The notes under the pieces were generated by a model. That model was not told the origin of the DNA. It ran no database searches and saw nothing but the letters and a program-made list of their open reading frames with translations. From positions 1 to 64,000 of the IMG/VR virus record IMGVR_UViG_3300032053_000025: a stretch of DNA of 64,000 bases. One strand, written 5' to 3'. This document shows, piece by piece, positions 1-8,889 of this stretch. The position numbers and the translations under genes are program-made. The DNA comes from a virus. Numbering within the stretch: the first letter of the stretch is position 1; every line of letters begins with the position of its first letter.

Positions 1-2
1 GG

Positions 3-302
3 AAGAAATCCTTTAGTGGAACCTATAATACTAAGCCTATGGTATTTGGAAGTGTACTCAATCTAATTTCAAATTTTGTTGAGGCTAAGGTAATTAAGAC
101 TGTAAAAGAAGCTAAAGAAGCCATAACTGAGCTTATGGCTCAGGGAGTTGAATTGACTAAGGCAGATTCATTTAAAAAGGCAGAAGAGAAGGATGAGTTT
201 GCTGATATTGGTGCTAAGACAGAAAAACCGGCTAAGGTTGCGGATGAGTTTGAGGAAGAGGTTGAATTGGATAAAGCAGAAACTCCTGAAGAGGAGGACT
301 GA
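3..302 (+). CDS. C-terminal part of a probable ssDNA-binding protein (truncated by window start)
   Basis: Frame is open from the window edge. Strongly acidic C-terminal tail (EEEVELDKAETPEEED) at the head of a replication cluster. SSB is an inference. Confidence 0.4.
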   Translation, partial: KKSFSGTYNTKPMVFGSVLNLISNFVEAKVIKTVKEAKEAITELMAQGVELTKADSFKKAEEKDEFADIGAKTEKPAKVADEFEEEVELDKAETPEEED

Positions 303-334
303 TTTTATTTAATGAATTAAAGACCTAAAAGGCA

Positions 335-368
335 GGGGCCGGGCATAATATATACTTATCCCGGTCCC
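335..368 (+). other. GC-rich stem-loop upstream of the tRNA-like element
   Basis: GGGGCCGGG(335-343) pairs with CCCGGTCCC(360-368); no clear U-tract. Confidence 0.5.
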
Positions 369-384
369 AGTAAGTCTAAATTTG

Positions 385-454
385 TGGGGAGTAGCTTAAA
401 CTAAAGCAGAAAGTCGCACTTTCGATATGGCTTGAGGACCCATCTCCCCTACCA
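385..454 (+). tRNA. tRNA-like cloverleaf / pseudo-tRNA with encoded CCA and non-canonical anticodon and T arms
   Basis: Acceptor (T)GGGGAG/CTCCCC(T)-A-CCA, T8A9, D stem GCTT/AAGC, stem GAAAG/CTTTC with a 5-nt loop TCGCA, T arm ATGG/CCAT. Confidence 0.6.
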
Positions 455-469
455 AAATTAAATAAGAAT

Positions 470-1030
470 ATGGGTAAAACTAAAAAGTGTGCGTGTGGAA
501 AGTTAATTTGGGAAGAATCCGAACGATGCAAATCTTGCGCAGGTATAGAAAATTATAGATTACATCCGTGGGAGATGATTGGTCAGAAAGGGGAAGAAAA
601 TCCACAATATATCGATGGGAGATCTTTAATTAAAAGGAATTGCTCGGTGTGTGGTGTCCCAGTTTCTCGTAGTAGTTTGTCGGGGTTATGCAAAAGCTGT
701 GCACATAGTGGTGATCATAATAATAATTGGAAAGGGGGTATTACAACCCACGCTTCAGGATACTTATATTTACATTCTCCCAAGCATCCTTACGCGGGTA
801 CTCATAACAGGGTTTTTATACACCGGCTTATTGTTGAAGAATATATTGGGAGGTATTTAAAGCCAACAGAACCCGTGCATCATCTTAATAAAATAAAAAA
901 CGATAATAGGCCAGAAAATTTAATGGCATTTATAAGTAATGGTGCGCATAGAAGATTCGAAAGTGGCCAAGAATGTAGGTTGGCAGAGATTATTTTTGAT
1001 GGAAGAAAATTAAAGAAAGGATTAAAATGA
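470..1030 (+). CDS. HNH homing endonuclease with N-terminal zinc fingers
   Basis: CxxC pairs, NNNWKGG motif, HRLIVEEYIGR...VHHLNKIKNDNRPENL HNH core. Confidence 0.9.
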   Translation: MGKTKKCACGKLIWEESERCKSCAGIENYRLHPWEMIGQKGEENPQYIDGRSLIKRNCSVCGVPVSRSSLSGLCKSCAHSGDHNNNWKGGITTHASGYLYLHSPKHPYAGTHNRVFIHRLIVEEYIGRYLKPTEPVHHLNKIKNDNRPENLMAFISNGAHRRFESGQECRLAEIIFDGRKLKKGLK

Positions 1031-1725
1031 TAAATTTGAGCCCCAGCAAGTTGAATATTTTAAAAGATTGTGAATGTTGTTTTTATAATATGATGAATAA
1101 CAATGTTCCTCGCCCCCGAGGAATTTTTCCTAGTTTACCGTCGGGGATCGATTCCTTAATAAAAGATCATGTTGATTCTTATCGAGGCAAACTGCCCCCC
1201 GAATTGGTGGGGAAACTTCCTGGAGCACTATACCCCGATTTTGTCAAGTTAAGTAAATGGCGAAATTGGCGAAGTGGTTTAGTAGTTAAAACGGACGAAT
1301 ATAAATTAATAGGGGCAATCGATGATTTGCTTATTGATGGGGATATTCATATTATAATTGATTTTAAAAGTAAGGGATCAGAACCTGCGACCTCGGGAGC
1401 GGAATATTATCAAACTCAATTGGATTGTTACAATTTTATGTTTAGAAAGAATGGGATGAAAACGGCAGACAAGTCATATTTAATCTATCTTTATCCGAAA
1501 ACTTCTCAACCTATGGATATTGATAAAAAAGAGGACCTTGATATAACCTTTGGAGTATCAATTAAAGAGATTGCTACTTCGGCAGATAATGCAGAGAAAT
1601 TTATTAATTATGCTGTTAAAATACTTAAAGGTAAACGACCAGAGCCTTCGGCAAAATGCGAGTATTGTAACTTTTCAAATGGGATACTGCAACTAACCAA
1701 AGGTATATTACCCAAATTAGACTAA
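1027..1725 (+). CDS. PD-(D/E)XK Cas4/RecB-like exonuclease
   Basis: LSPSKL..DC N-terminus, GAIDDL...IIDFKS, QLDCY, C-terminal CEYC. Confidence 0.85.
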   Translation: MINLSPSKLNILKDCECCFYNMMNNNVPRPRGIFPSLPSGIDSLIKDHVDSYRGKLPPELVGKLPGALYPDFVKLSKWRNWRSGLVVKTDEYKLIGAIDDLLIDGDIHIIIDFKSKGSEPATSGAEYYQTQLDCYNFMFRKNGMKTADKSYLIYLYPKTSQPMDIDKKEDLDITFGVSIKEIATSADNAEKFINYAVKILKGKRPEPSAKCEYCNFSNGILQLTKGILPKLD

Positions 1726-1752
1726 TAGGTTTTAATATAAAGGAGTCATCTA

Positions 1753-4700
1753 ATGGATTGGTATAAGCAAGCAATTTTATCTAAGTTTACCCAGTATTTC
1801 AAAATTAAGAAATACCGTTACGAACGGGACGCAATTTTGTGCCCACATTGTAAAAATCCCTCCCTCACCGCACACAGAATTGGGACTACATATTTTTTAG
1901 AATGTTTGGATCCTTCATGTATAAGTAAGGGAAAGAAATTTACATTAAAAACAATCGTTCGTACACATGAACCTGATAAGAAGGATTGGGAAGGGGATAA
2001 AATAATTCAATATCTCAAAGAATTATTGGGCATTAAAGCCCTAACTCCTATAGACAAAATCAATATCAATGAATTATTCGATAGATTTGTCAAGGAAGGC
2101 TTCTCTTTAACTCCAGTGGCCCCAAATGGGTCAGGAGTAAACGAGAAACATTGTATTGAAACTTCTTGGACTTCTTTATCCCATAAAGATAAATTAGAAT
2201 GGCAATCTTGGTTAGATGTAGGCTTAAATATTGCTATTCGTACAGGTGAAATTTCTAATTTAACTACTGTTGATATAGATCATAAAGATATTTCAGATGA
2301 GATTAAGCAATTAACTGGAGATACTTGGTGTTTAGAATCTGGTAGAGGCTTCCATTTTTATTATCATTATGATGCAGACTTGCCAAAAACGAGGATTAAT
2401 AAATTAGATATTGATATTGAAAATACTGGTGGGGCCTGTATGGTGCCCCCAAGTATTACATCCAATAAAGGTCGTAAATATATTAACGACCTCCCCATAA
2501 TAGATATTCCTCCCAAATTTAAGGAATTTTTATTGGCTAATATTGGTCGAGTAGACAAACCGAAATCAGGCGAACTTGATTTTATTATTGACGACGAATC
2601 TTATTCTTGCCCATTATTAAAAGAAGGTGAAGGCAGAAATGTATTTTTATTTCATTATGGAAGCATATTAAGCAAGAAATTTTCATCCCAACAAGTTGAA
2701 GATGCTTTAAGTGTATTTAATAAGATAGCTTGTACTCCACCATTACAATATAGAGAAATTAAAACTCTAATTGGAAGTATAAATAAGTATCGAAAATTTG
2801 ACGAAAAGGGATTAGCAGATGAAATTTTGGCATATATTACAGATGTTAAGGAAGCTACATATAAGAATGTCGAAAGAGTAATATTTGGTGATGCAAGATT
2901 AAATGCCGAGGATAAGAAAAGGATAGATAAAATTATTGCTCATTTAAAAAGACAAGATTTAATACAGGAAAGAGGAAGATTATTAATTCCTATGCAGAGA
3001 ATGAAGTTGACTACGAATTTGATTAATGTTAGTCAGCCTCTCCCATTTAAATTGCCTTATTTTAATGAGTTGGGTAAGTTCTGTATGGGGGATATAATTT
3101 TAATCGGAGCGGGAAATAAAGTCGGAAAATGTATTGCTAAAGGACTGGTATTGACTAATCAAGGACTGCGAGATATTTCCGATATTGGTAAAGATAAACC
3201 AGAGGGATGGTCTTCCGTTAATAGACATGTACGAGTTTTTATCGGCAACAAACGTAAAAAAGGATATAGGCACCCCCAAGGTTTTTATAAAGAAAAAGTC
3301 AATACTACTATAAAAATAGTCACCGATCATGGTTATGAGTTAGAAGGTACCCCCGAACACCCTATTTTGGTTCAAACAATAGGTGCCAATCAAAATTTTA
3401 AAGATTTTAAAACATTGAACGCTATTGAGATAGGAGACAAAGCAGTAATAGTTACTCCCAATTTAGAAACCAAAGTTTTAGTTAGAAAATTTAAGGATTT
3501 TAAATACCGAGAATCTAAATATGCTCATGGGCTTTGTAACTTAACCTTATCTTCTAAAATAGACGAAGATATGGCTAAATTATTTGGATATATAACTGGA
3601 GATGGCTCTCTACAAAAAAATGTTTGTAAAATTTATCAAAATAGTAAAGATTTAGGTAATATTGAAGAACTTAAAACCATATGTAGCAAGTTTAATTTAC
3701 CCTATAAATCAAATTTGTCTAAGAATGGAAAGATGACTACTATCAATATTTTTTCCGTAGTTTTTACATCGTATGTTAGGAAATATTTGTTTGAAAATAA
3801 TTTTAATAGAGATTATAATTTGAAGTCGGTAGACAGATTTATTCCCTCTATCATTTTGCAAAATACTAAATCAATTCAGCGAGCGTTTATTGAAGGGCTG
3901 TATAACTGTGAAAGTTGGGTGACCAAGAATAATGTAATCACCATAGATTTATCTAACGAAAAATTGATCAAACAATTACACGTTTTATTATTAAATTTTG
4001 GAATTGTGAGTGCTTTGAGAATGCGATGTGGATATAAAAACCGGCCTACAGGAAGATTGACATTATCCCCTGAATTTTGCCATAAGTTTTTAAAAACCTT
4101 TAGTTTGGCGAAATACAAAGATGTTCAATTTAAAGGATTCAAAAATAGATCTTTTTCTTTACAACGGTGCGGAGTGAATGGGTCTACTTTAGAACCGGCT
4201 TATTATTTAGATAAAATTGTCAGTAAAGAAGTTATTAATGAAGAAAAATATGTTTATGATTTTAACCTTGAAAGTAAAAAATATCGCATTAATAATCAAT
4301 TTTGGAGTAATGGTTTTGTAAGCCACAATTCGCATATTGCTATGAATATTATACAACAATTAGTAGAACAAAAAGTAGATATGCCTAAAGTACTAATATC
4401 TTTAGAACCGGGAAGTAGACATACTGATATTGCTCTACAATTAGGTTTGGTAGAAGGAGATTATGAATATAATGCCGAACATTATGATCCTACTGAGGTA
4501 GAATTGTGTAATAATGCAATTACAATAATTGATTGGTTAAATCCAAAAACGTTTGAAACTACTCATACTATTTTTGAACATTTTGTTAGACAAATTACTA
4601 AACACAAAGGTCTATTAATTATTTTTGCCCAATTAAAGGATCCTATAAGAGGCACTGAAGGTAACTGGTTCGCCCCAAACATGATCAAACAAATGCCCGC

Positions 4701-4932
4701 TTTAGCGGCACGATATTTTTACGATGATGATGAAGGTGAAAGTGGATATTTTCTCATTGATGTTATTAGACAACGATACTGGCACACAAAAAGAATAAGT
4801 AAAATTCCATGCAAGTTTATGAGAGAAACGGGAAAATTAGTGCCAGTAAGTGAGAATTTAATTGCTGAACAGAAAGAGAATAAAGAAGTAAAAATTGAGG
4901 ATGGTAAAGAAGAAACCGAGGAGCAAAAATAA
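1753..4932 (+). CDS. Zn-finger/Prim-Pol primase fused to RecA-fold (SF4-like) helicase, interrupted by an intein
   Basis: CPHC zinc finger; Prim-Pol motifs NIAIRTG, VDID, SGRGFHFYY, VPPS; PriCT-like EGEGRN; Walker A GAGNKVGK|S split by the intein; IIDWL and IFAQL motifs. Confidence 0.85.
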   Translation: MDWYKQAILSKFTQYFKIKKYRYERDAILCPHCKNPSLTAHRIGTTYFLECLDPSCISKGKKFTLKTIVRTHEPDKKDWEGDKIIQYLKELLGIKALTPIDKININELFDRFVKEGFSLTPVAPNGSGVNEKHCIETSWTSLSHKDKLEWQSWLDVGLNIAIRTGEISNLTTVDIDHKDISDEIKQLTGDTWCLESGRGFHFYYHYDADLPKTRINKLDIDIENTGGACMVPPSITSNKGRKYINDLPIIDIPPKFKEFLLANIGRVDKPKSGELDFIIDDESYSCPLLKEGEGRNVFLFHYGSILSKKFSSQQVEDALSVFNKIACTPPLQYREIKTLIGSINKYRKFDEKGLADEILAYITDVKEATYKNVERVIFGDARLNAEDKKRIDKIIAHLKRQDLIQERGRLLIPMQRMKLTTNLINVSQPLPFKLPYFNELGKFCMGDIILIGAGNKVGKCIAKGLVLTNQGLRDISDIGKDKPEGWSSVNRHVRVFIGNKRKKGYRHPQGFYKEKVNTTIKIVTDHGYELEGTPEHPILVQTIGANQNFKDFKTLNAIEIGDKAVIVTPNLETKVLVRKFKDFKYRESKYAHGLCNLTLSSKIDEDMAKLFGYITGDGSLQKNVCKIYQNSKDLGNIEELKTICSKFNLPYKSNLSKNGKMTTINIFSVVFTSYVRKYLFENNFNRDYNLKSVDRFIPSIILQNTKSIQRAFIEGLYNCESWVTKNNVITIDLSNEKLIKQLHVLLLNFGIVSALRMRCGYKNRPTGRLTLSPEFCHKFLKTFSLAKYKDVQFKGFKNRSFSLQRCGVNGSTLEPAYYLDKIVSKEVINEEKYVYDFNLESKKYRINNQFWSNGFVSHNSHIAMNIIQQLVEQKVDMPKVLISLEPGSRHTDIALQLGLVEGDYEYNAEHYDPTEVELCNNAITIIDWLNPKTFETTHTIFEHFVRQITKHKGLLIIFAQLKDPIRGTEGNWFAPNMIKQMPALAARYFYDDDEGESGYFLIDVIRQRYWHTKRISKIPCKFMRETGKLVPVSENLIAEQKENKEVKIEDGKEETEEQK
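3130..4329 (+). mobile_element. Intein (400 aa) with LAGLIDADG endonuclease in the helicase Walker A
   Basis: Starts CIAKG after GK; block B LEGTPEHPI; LFGYITGDGS and FIEGLYNCES; ends YVYDF...VSHN followed by Ser. Confidence 0.93.
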
Positions 4933-5570
4933 TGGATACTTGGAAGATTGCTGATATAGAGAAAATATTGAGTTCTCAAATAAGTAAAAATACGATTTCT
5001 ACGGGATGGGATGTAGCGACTCATCACACTGGAGTTTGCCGATTAGAAACAGATAACGATACTATTTATCTTAAAGAATTATTTAAAATTGATGATGTAT
5101 CTAAAGACGATATTAAAAATCGTATGGACTATTTTTTAGATAAGGTCAAGGCTCTACGCACCGAATGGCTTAAAAAGAAGTCTACTAAAAGAAATATTGT
5201 TGTAATAGAGGATACTTGGTTAGGCCCCGACTTCGATGGGGTGAAAAAGTTAATTCGATTTGGTGCTTTACTTTATGTTCGATTTAGAAAATATAGTGAT
5301 TATCTATTTTTTATAATGCCCGTGTCTGCAAGATCTCGAATTAAGTTTAACAAGAAAGATCAAATGGCAAATACTAAAATTAAAGTTGCTTGCTATACTA
5401 GAGATACTAAAGATGCACAAGGAAAGTTAAAGCATAAAAAAGGTGAAGCCAAACCTATTGATATTAAATTGTTGGTTGAGGAATATGTTAATAATATTTT
5501 TAAATTGGCTTTAGACGATTCGGATAAATGCGATGCGTTTGTATTGGCTATATGTGGATTAATAAAATGA
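4932..5570 (+). CDS. RuvC-like Holliday junction resolvase
   Basis: TGWDVATHHTG, VVIED, DDSDKCDAFVLA acidic motifs of the RNase H fold. Confidence 0.75.
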   Translation: MDTWKIADIEKILSSQISKNTISTGWDVATHHTGVCRLETDNDTIYLKELFKIDDVSKDDIKNRMDYFLDKVKALRTEWLKKKSTKRNIVVIEDTWLGPDFDGVKKLIRFGALLYVRFRKYSDYLFFIMPVSARSRIKFNKKDQMANTKIKVACYTRDTKDAQGKLKHKKGEAKPIDIKLLVEEYVNNIFKLALDDSDKCDAFVLAICGLIK

Positions 5571-5899
5571 CAACCGAAAAGAAAGACAAAGGCACCCAAT
5601 TAGAATGGATATTTGCCAATTATTTAAAGCTAATTGAGCCTAACGCTCATCCTACTCCAGGCTCCAAGCATGGGGATGTTACTTCTACGATATTTTTCCC
5701 TGAAATGAAGAATTGGAATAAAAAGAATGTAATAGTAGCAAAGAATTTATGGGATAAATTGCTTACACAGTTGCCGATAGATAGCCAAAGGGTTCCAATT
5801 TTGGTTCAGGCAAATAATCAAGGGGATATATTTGTATCAATAAGGATTGATGATTTCTTTAGAAAGTTTGTGTATCCTATTTATCAAAAAGAGGAGTAA
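5567..5899 (+). CDS. Hjc-like PD-(D/E)XK nuclease/resolvase
   Basis: KGTQLE, PGS..GDV, PEMK motifs; ATGA overlap with the upstream gene. Confidence 0.65.
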   Translation: MTTEKKDKGTQLEWIFANYLKLIEPNAHPTPGSKHGDVTSTIFFPEMKNWNKKNVIVAKNLWDKLLTQLPIDSQRVPILVQANNQGDIFVSIRIDDFFRKFVYPIYQKEE

Positions 5900-5902
5900 A
5901 TA

Positions 5903-6994
5903 ATGGCAAAAGAATTAACATTAGCACAACAACAAGCAGATCGTAAAGAGAGGGCCAAAAATTTGGCCACCAGCATGAGTAAAGATGGATTAAAAATCAC
6001 CTATGCGGCCAATTTGAAAGATAAGGGAAGGCAATTATTTGGTTATGAACCTTTAGATAAATTAACAAATGGCGGTATAAAGCGCGGAGTATTTTCGACA
6101 ATTTGGGGAGATAAATGTTGCGGGAAAACGACTTTTGCCTATCGAATGATTGCTCAAGCCCAAAGGGAAGGAAAAATCTGTGCTTATGTAGATATGGAGA
6201 GAGGATATGACGAATATTGGGCATTAAAACAGGGAGTTAATATCCAAGATTTATTGCATGTATCTTGCGATACCGCTGAACAGGCTATGGATGCAATTAT
6301 AAATTATTGTAGCCAAAAACTGGTTGACTTAATTGTACTGGACAGTATTCATGGATTGGCTCCACACAATGTTATGTATGAAAAAAAGACTAAAACTTTG
6401 AAGTCTTCTAGTAACGATCATCAAGCCCCTTTAGCTAGGAAATTATCCCAATGGTTTCCTATGGTCGTGCCCCATATATCTAATGCCGATTGTGCAGGCT
6501 TGTTAATTGGACAAACAAGAACCGCTTTAGGCGGATATGTTGCAATTGAAACTTTGACCGGGGGTAGGGCACTTAAACATAACAGTCGATTAATCATCCA
6601 TGTGTGGGCAGGTAAAGGAGAAGATGCCCCTACAAAAAAGGAAGTAACTATAGTTCCTAAATTAAATGAGGAGGGGGATCCCATATTAGATAAGAAGGGC
6701 AATTCCATGATGGCTAAGCGTACAACCGAGATAAAGATTGGCACTTCTATAGCAATAAAAATTGATAAGAGTCAAACTCCTGGATGTGTTCAAGACACTA
6801 TGATTAGAGTTCCTTTGTATTCTGAAACCGGATTAGATAAACCTATAGAAGAAACTAAGATAGAACCCATAATCCCTAATGTAAACGAAGTATTAAAGGA
6901 GTCTATTGAAATTGACAAACAACTTGAGGAAGTCTTAGGACTTCCGACCGAACCTAAAAAGAAACGTGGCAGGCCTGCCACGAAGGGTAAATAA
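5903..6994 (+). CDS. recA: RecA/UvsX-like recombinase
   Basis: GGIKRG, Walker A GDKCCGKTT, YVDME, LIVLDSI, LARKLSQ, IGQTR, TGGRALKH. Confidence 0.9.
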   Translation: MAKELTLAQQQADRKERAKNLATSMSKDGLKITYAANLKDKGRQLFGYEPLDKLTNGGIKRGVFSTIWGDKCCGKTTFAYRMIAQAQREGKICAYVDMERGYDEYWALKQGVNIQDLLHVSCDTAEQAMDAIINYCSQKLVDLIVLDSIHGLAPHNVMYEKKTKTLKSSSNDHQAPLARKLSQWFPMVVPHISNADCAGLLIGQTRTALGGYVAIETLTGGRALKHNSRLIIHVWAGKGEDAPTKKEVTIVPKLNEEGDPILDKKGNSMMAKRTTEIKIGTSIAIKIDKSQTPGCVQDTMIRVPLYSETGLDKPIEETKIEPIIPNVNEVLKESIEIDKQLEEVLGLPTEPKKKRGRPATKGK

Positions 6995-7134
6995 TATGGA
7001 GGATTAAATGTTGGTAAAAAAGACCTGGCGAACAGTTGAAGTAGGATGGATAAAAGTGAATTTAAATATTGGGAAGGTTGGTTTTTATTTGGATTAATCC
7101 CAATTTATATACGTCAAATTTAAGGAGAATTCAT

Positions 7135-7608
7135 ATGGAACCTATAAAACCTAAAATCGAGGCTAAATCGGCAGTTGAAGTTCGAGAAAAATTAAAGACA
7201 GAAGGGGGTTTGCAAGATTTGTATAATTATTGTGAAACCATCTTTGGAATTTTGGATAAAATTCATTTTGCTATTAAATCTAGACAAGTAATTGATGGCA
7301 ATCATGTTGATGAAAAATTGGATAAATTATTAGGATATAGGGGATTTATTGCACCTATTTTTGAGGCATTTGAAGCCGATATGGATGCCAACGCCAATGC
7401 GTTTTATATTAATCGTAAACATGAAATAGAACAAGCCGGAGATAAATTTGTATCTGCTTCAACTGAAAAAGCGGCCTCTTTAAGTGTATCCAAGCAAAGA
7501 GAATTAAGAAATTTGCTTCGAGGATATTTGAATCAAATCGATATTGATATTATGGTGTTACAATCTAAGTTAAAATATTATTCGGAGCGAGCAAAATTAG
7601 AAAGATAA
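7135..7608 (+). CDS. Putative UvsY-like recombination mediator (helical)
   Basis: Helical ~157 aa protein right after recA, AAGGAG RBS; UvsY assignment is positional inference. Confidence 0.4.
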   Translation: MEPIKPKIEAKSAVEVREKLKTEGGLQDLYNYCETIFGILDKIHFAIKSRQVIDGNHVDEKLDKLLGYRGFIAPIFEAFEADMDANANAFYINRKHEIEQAGDKFVSASTEKAASLSVSKQRELRNLLRGYLNQIDIDIMVLQSKLKYYSERAKLER

Positions 7609-7619
7609 AGGAGAATAAT

Positions 7620-7856
7620 ATGAAAAAATTAACACTCAAGCAAGAAATAATCGATATTTATAATGATTGGACCGCCACAAATATAAGTGAGGTATTACTT
7701 AATCGAATAATGAAAGCAATAAACAAACGAGCAAATAAAATTGATGTAGGAGAACGAATAAAACTATTAATGTGGGAATGTAAAGGAACCAACACTTTTA
7801 CTTATGGTAAAATTGCCGAAACTATTGAGCAGATGATCATCAAGGAGATGAAATGA
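7620..7856 (+). CDS. Hypothetical protein
   Basis: GGAG RBS, tightly packed ORF. Confidence 0.6.
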   Translation: MKKLTLKQEIIDIYNDWTATNISEVLLNRIMKAINKRANKIDVGERIKLLMWECKGTNTFTYGKIAETIEQMIIKEMK

Positions 7857-8092
7857 AGAGATATATAGTTAAACCCAATAAAAAACAATTAGATATAATT
7901 AAACTTCATTGGGCCATGTTTAAAGCCGAGGAAACTTTATTTTGGGCTAAAATGGGCGAATTAGAGAAGAAAATGAGCAAGGAAACTGGGATAAAAGAAC
8001 TCGAATTTTTCAACTCAGATGGCGATTGGTGTGGGGTTGGGAATTCAGACCGAACAATGAAGCTTCTGCAACGCAATATATTGGAGAAATAA
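7853..8092 (+). CDS. Hypothetical protein
   Basis: AAGGAG RBS, overlaps both neighbours. Confidence 0.6.
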   Translation: MKRYIVKPNKKQLDIIKLHWAMFKAEETLFWAKMGELEKKMSKETGIKELEFFNSDGDWCGVGNSDRTMKLLQRNILEK

Positions 8093-8889
8093 TGTTCGAT
8101 AATAAGATAACCTTATATTGTGGGGATTCCGGGGAAGTTATGAAATCTTTCCCTGATAATTGTATTGATTTGACGGTGACCTCCCCACCTTATGATAATT
8201 TAAGAACTTATAATGGTTATTCTTTTAATTTTGAATTGATTGCCCAACAATTATTTAGGGTTACTAAGCAAGGTGGAGTTGTGGTGTGGGTTGTTGGAGA
8301 TGCTACAATTAAAGGTAGTGAAACTGGAACGAGTTTTAAGCAAGCATTATATTTCAAAGAAATTGGGTTTAATTTACATGATACAATGATTTATCAAAAA
8401 ATAAATTATGTTCCATTAACGCACAATAGATACGAACAATCTTTTGAATACATGTTTATTTTATCTAAAGGTGCACCTAACATTTTCCACCCCATAAGAA
8501 TTCCTTGTAAAAATGCAGGAAAACTTGAAAAATATGGTTTAGAACGAAGGCAACATCATGGAAAAAATCATTCTATGAGACTGTATAATAAAACCACAGT
8601 AAAAGCAACGAAAGAACACAAAATCGCATCAAATATATTTTGTTATACTTTAGGAAAAGAAAAAACCGGCCATCCCGCACCCTTCCCAGAACAATTAGCA
8701 CGAGATCATATTTTATCTTGGAGTAATGAAAACAATATTATTCTTGACCCATTTGCTGGTTCGGGAACAACATTAAAAGTGGGGCTGCAATTAAATAGAA
8801 AAATAGTAGGTATTGAACTCTCCCAAAAATATATTGATGAAATAATAATCCCTAGATTAAAATCAATATCTAATAAAAAGGTGGAATAA
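8092..8889 (+). CDS. DNA methyltransferase, N4-C/N6-A beta class
   Basis: TSPPY catalytic motif, HPAPFP, LDPFAGSGTT SAM motif. Confidence 0.93.
   Translation: MFDNKITLYCGDSGEVMKSFPDNCIDLTVTSPPYDNLRTYNGYSFNFELIAQQLFRVTKQGGVVVWVVGDATIKGSETGTSFKQALYFKEIGFNLHDTMIYQKINYVPLTHNRYEQSFEYMFILSKGAPNIFHPIRIPCKNAGKLEKYGLERRQHHGKNHSMRLYNKTTVKATKEHKIASNIFCYTLGKEKTGHPAPFPEQLARDHILSWSNENNIILDPFAGSGTTLKVGLQLNRKIVGIELSQKYIDEIIIPRLKSISNKKVE

Noticed and set aside
385-454. Assignment as a functional tRNA-Ala(CGC)
   Set aside because: CGC is central, but the loop is not a canonical 7-nt anticodon loop, the T-loop consensus is missing and there is no G3:U70 pair
1027-1725. Cas4-like gene as a sign of a CRISPR-Cas system
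   Set aside because: No repeat-spacer array or other cas genes seen; solo Cas4-like nucleases are common in phage replication modules
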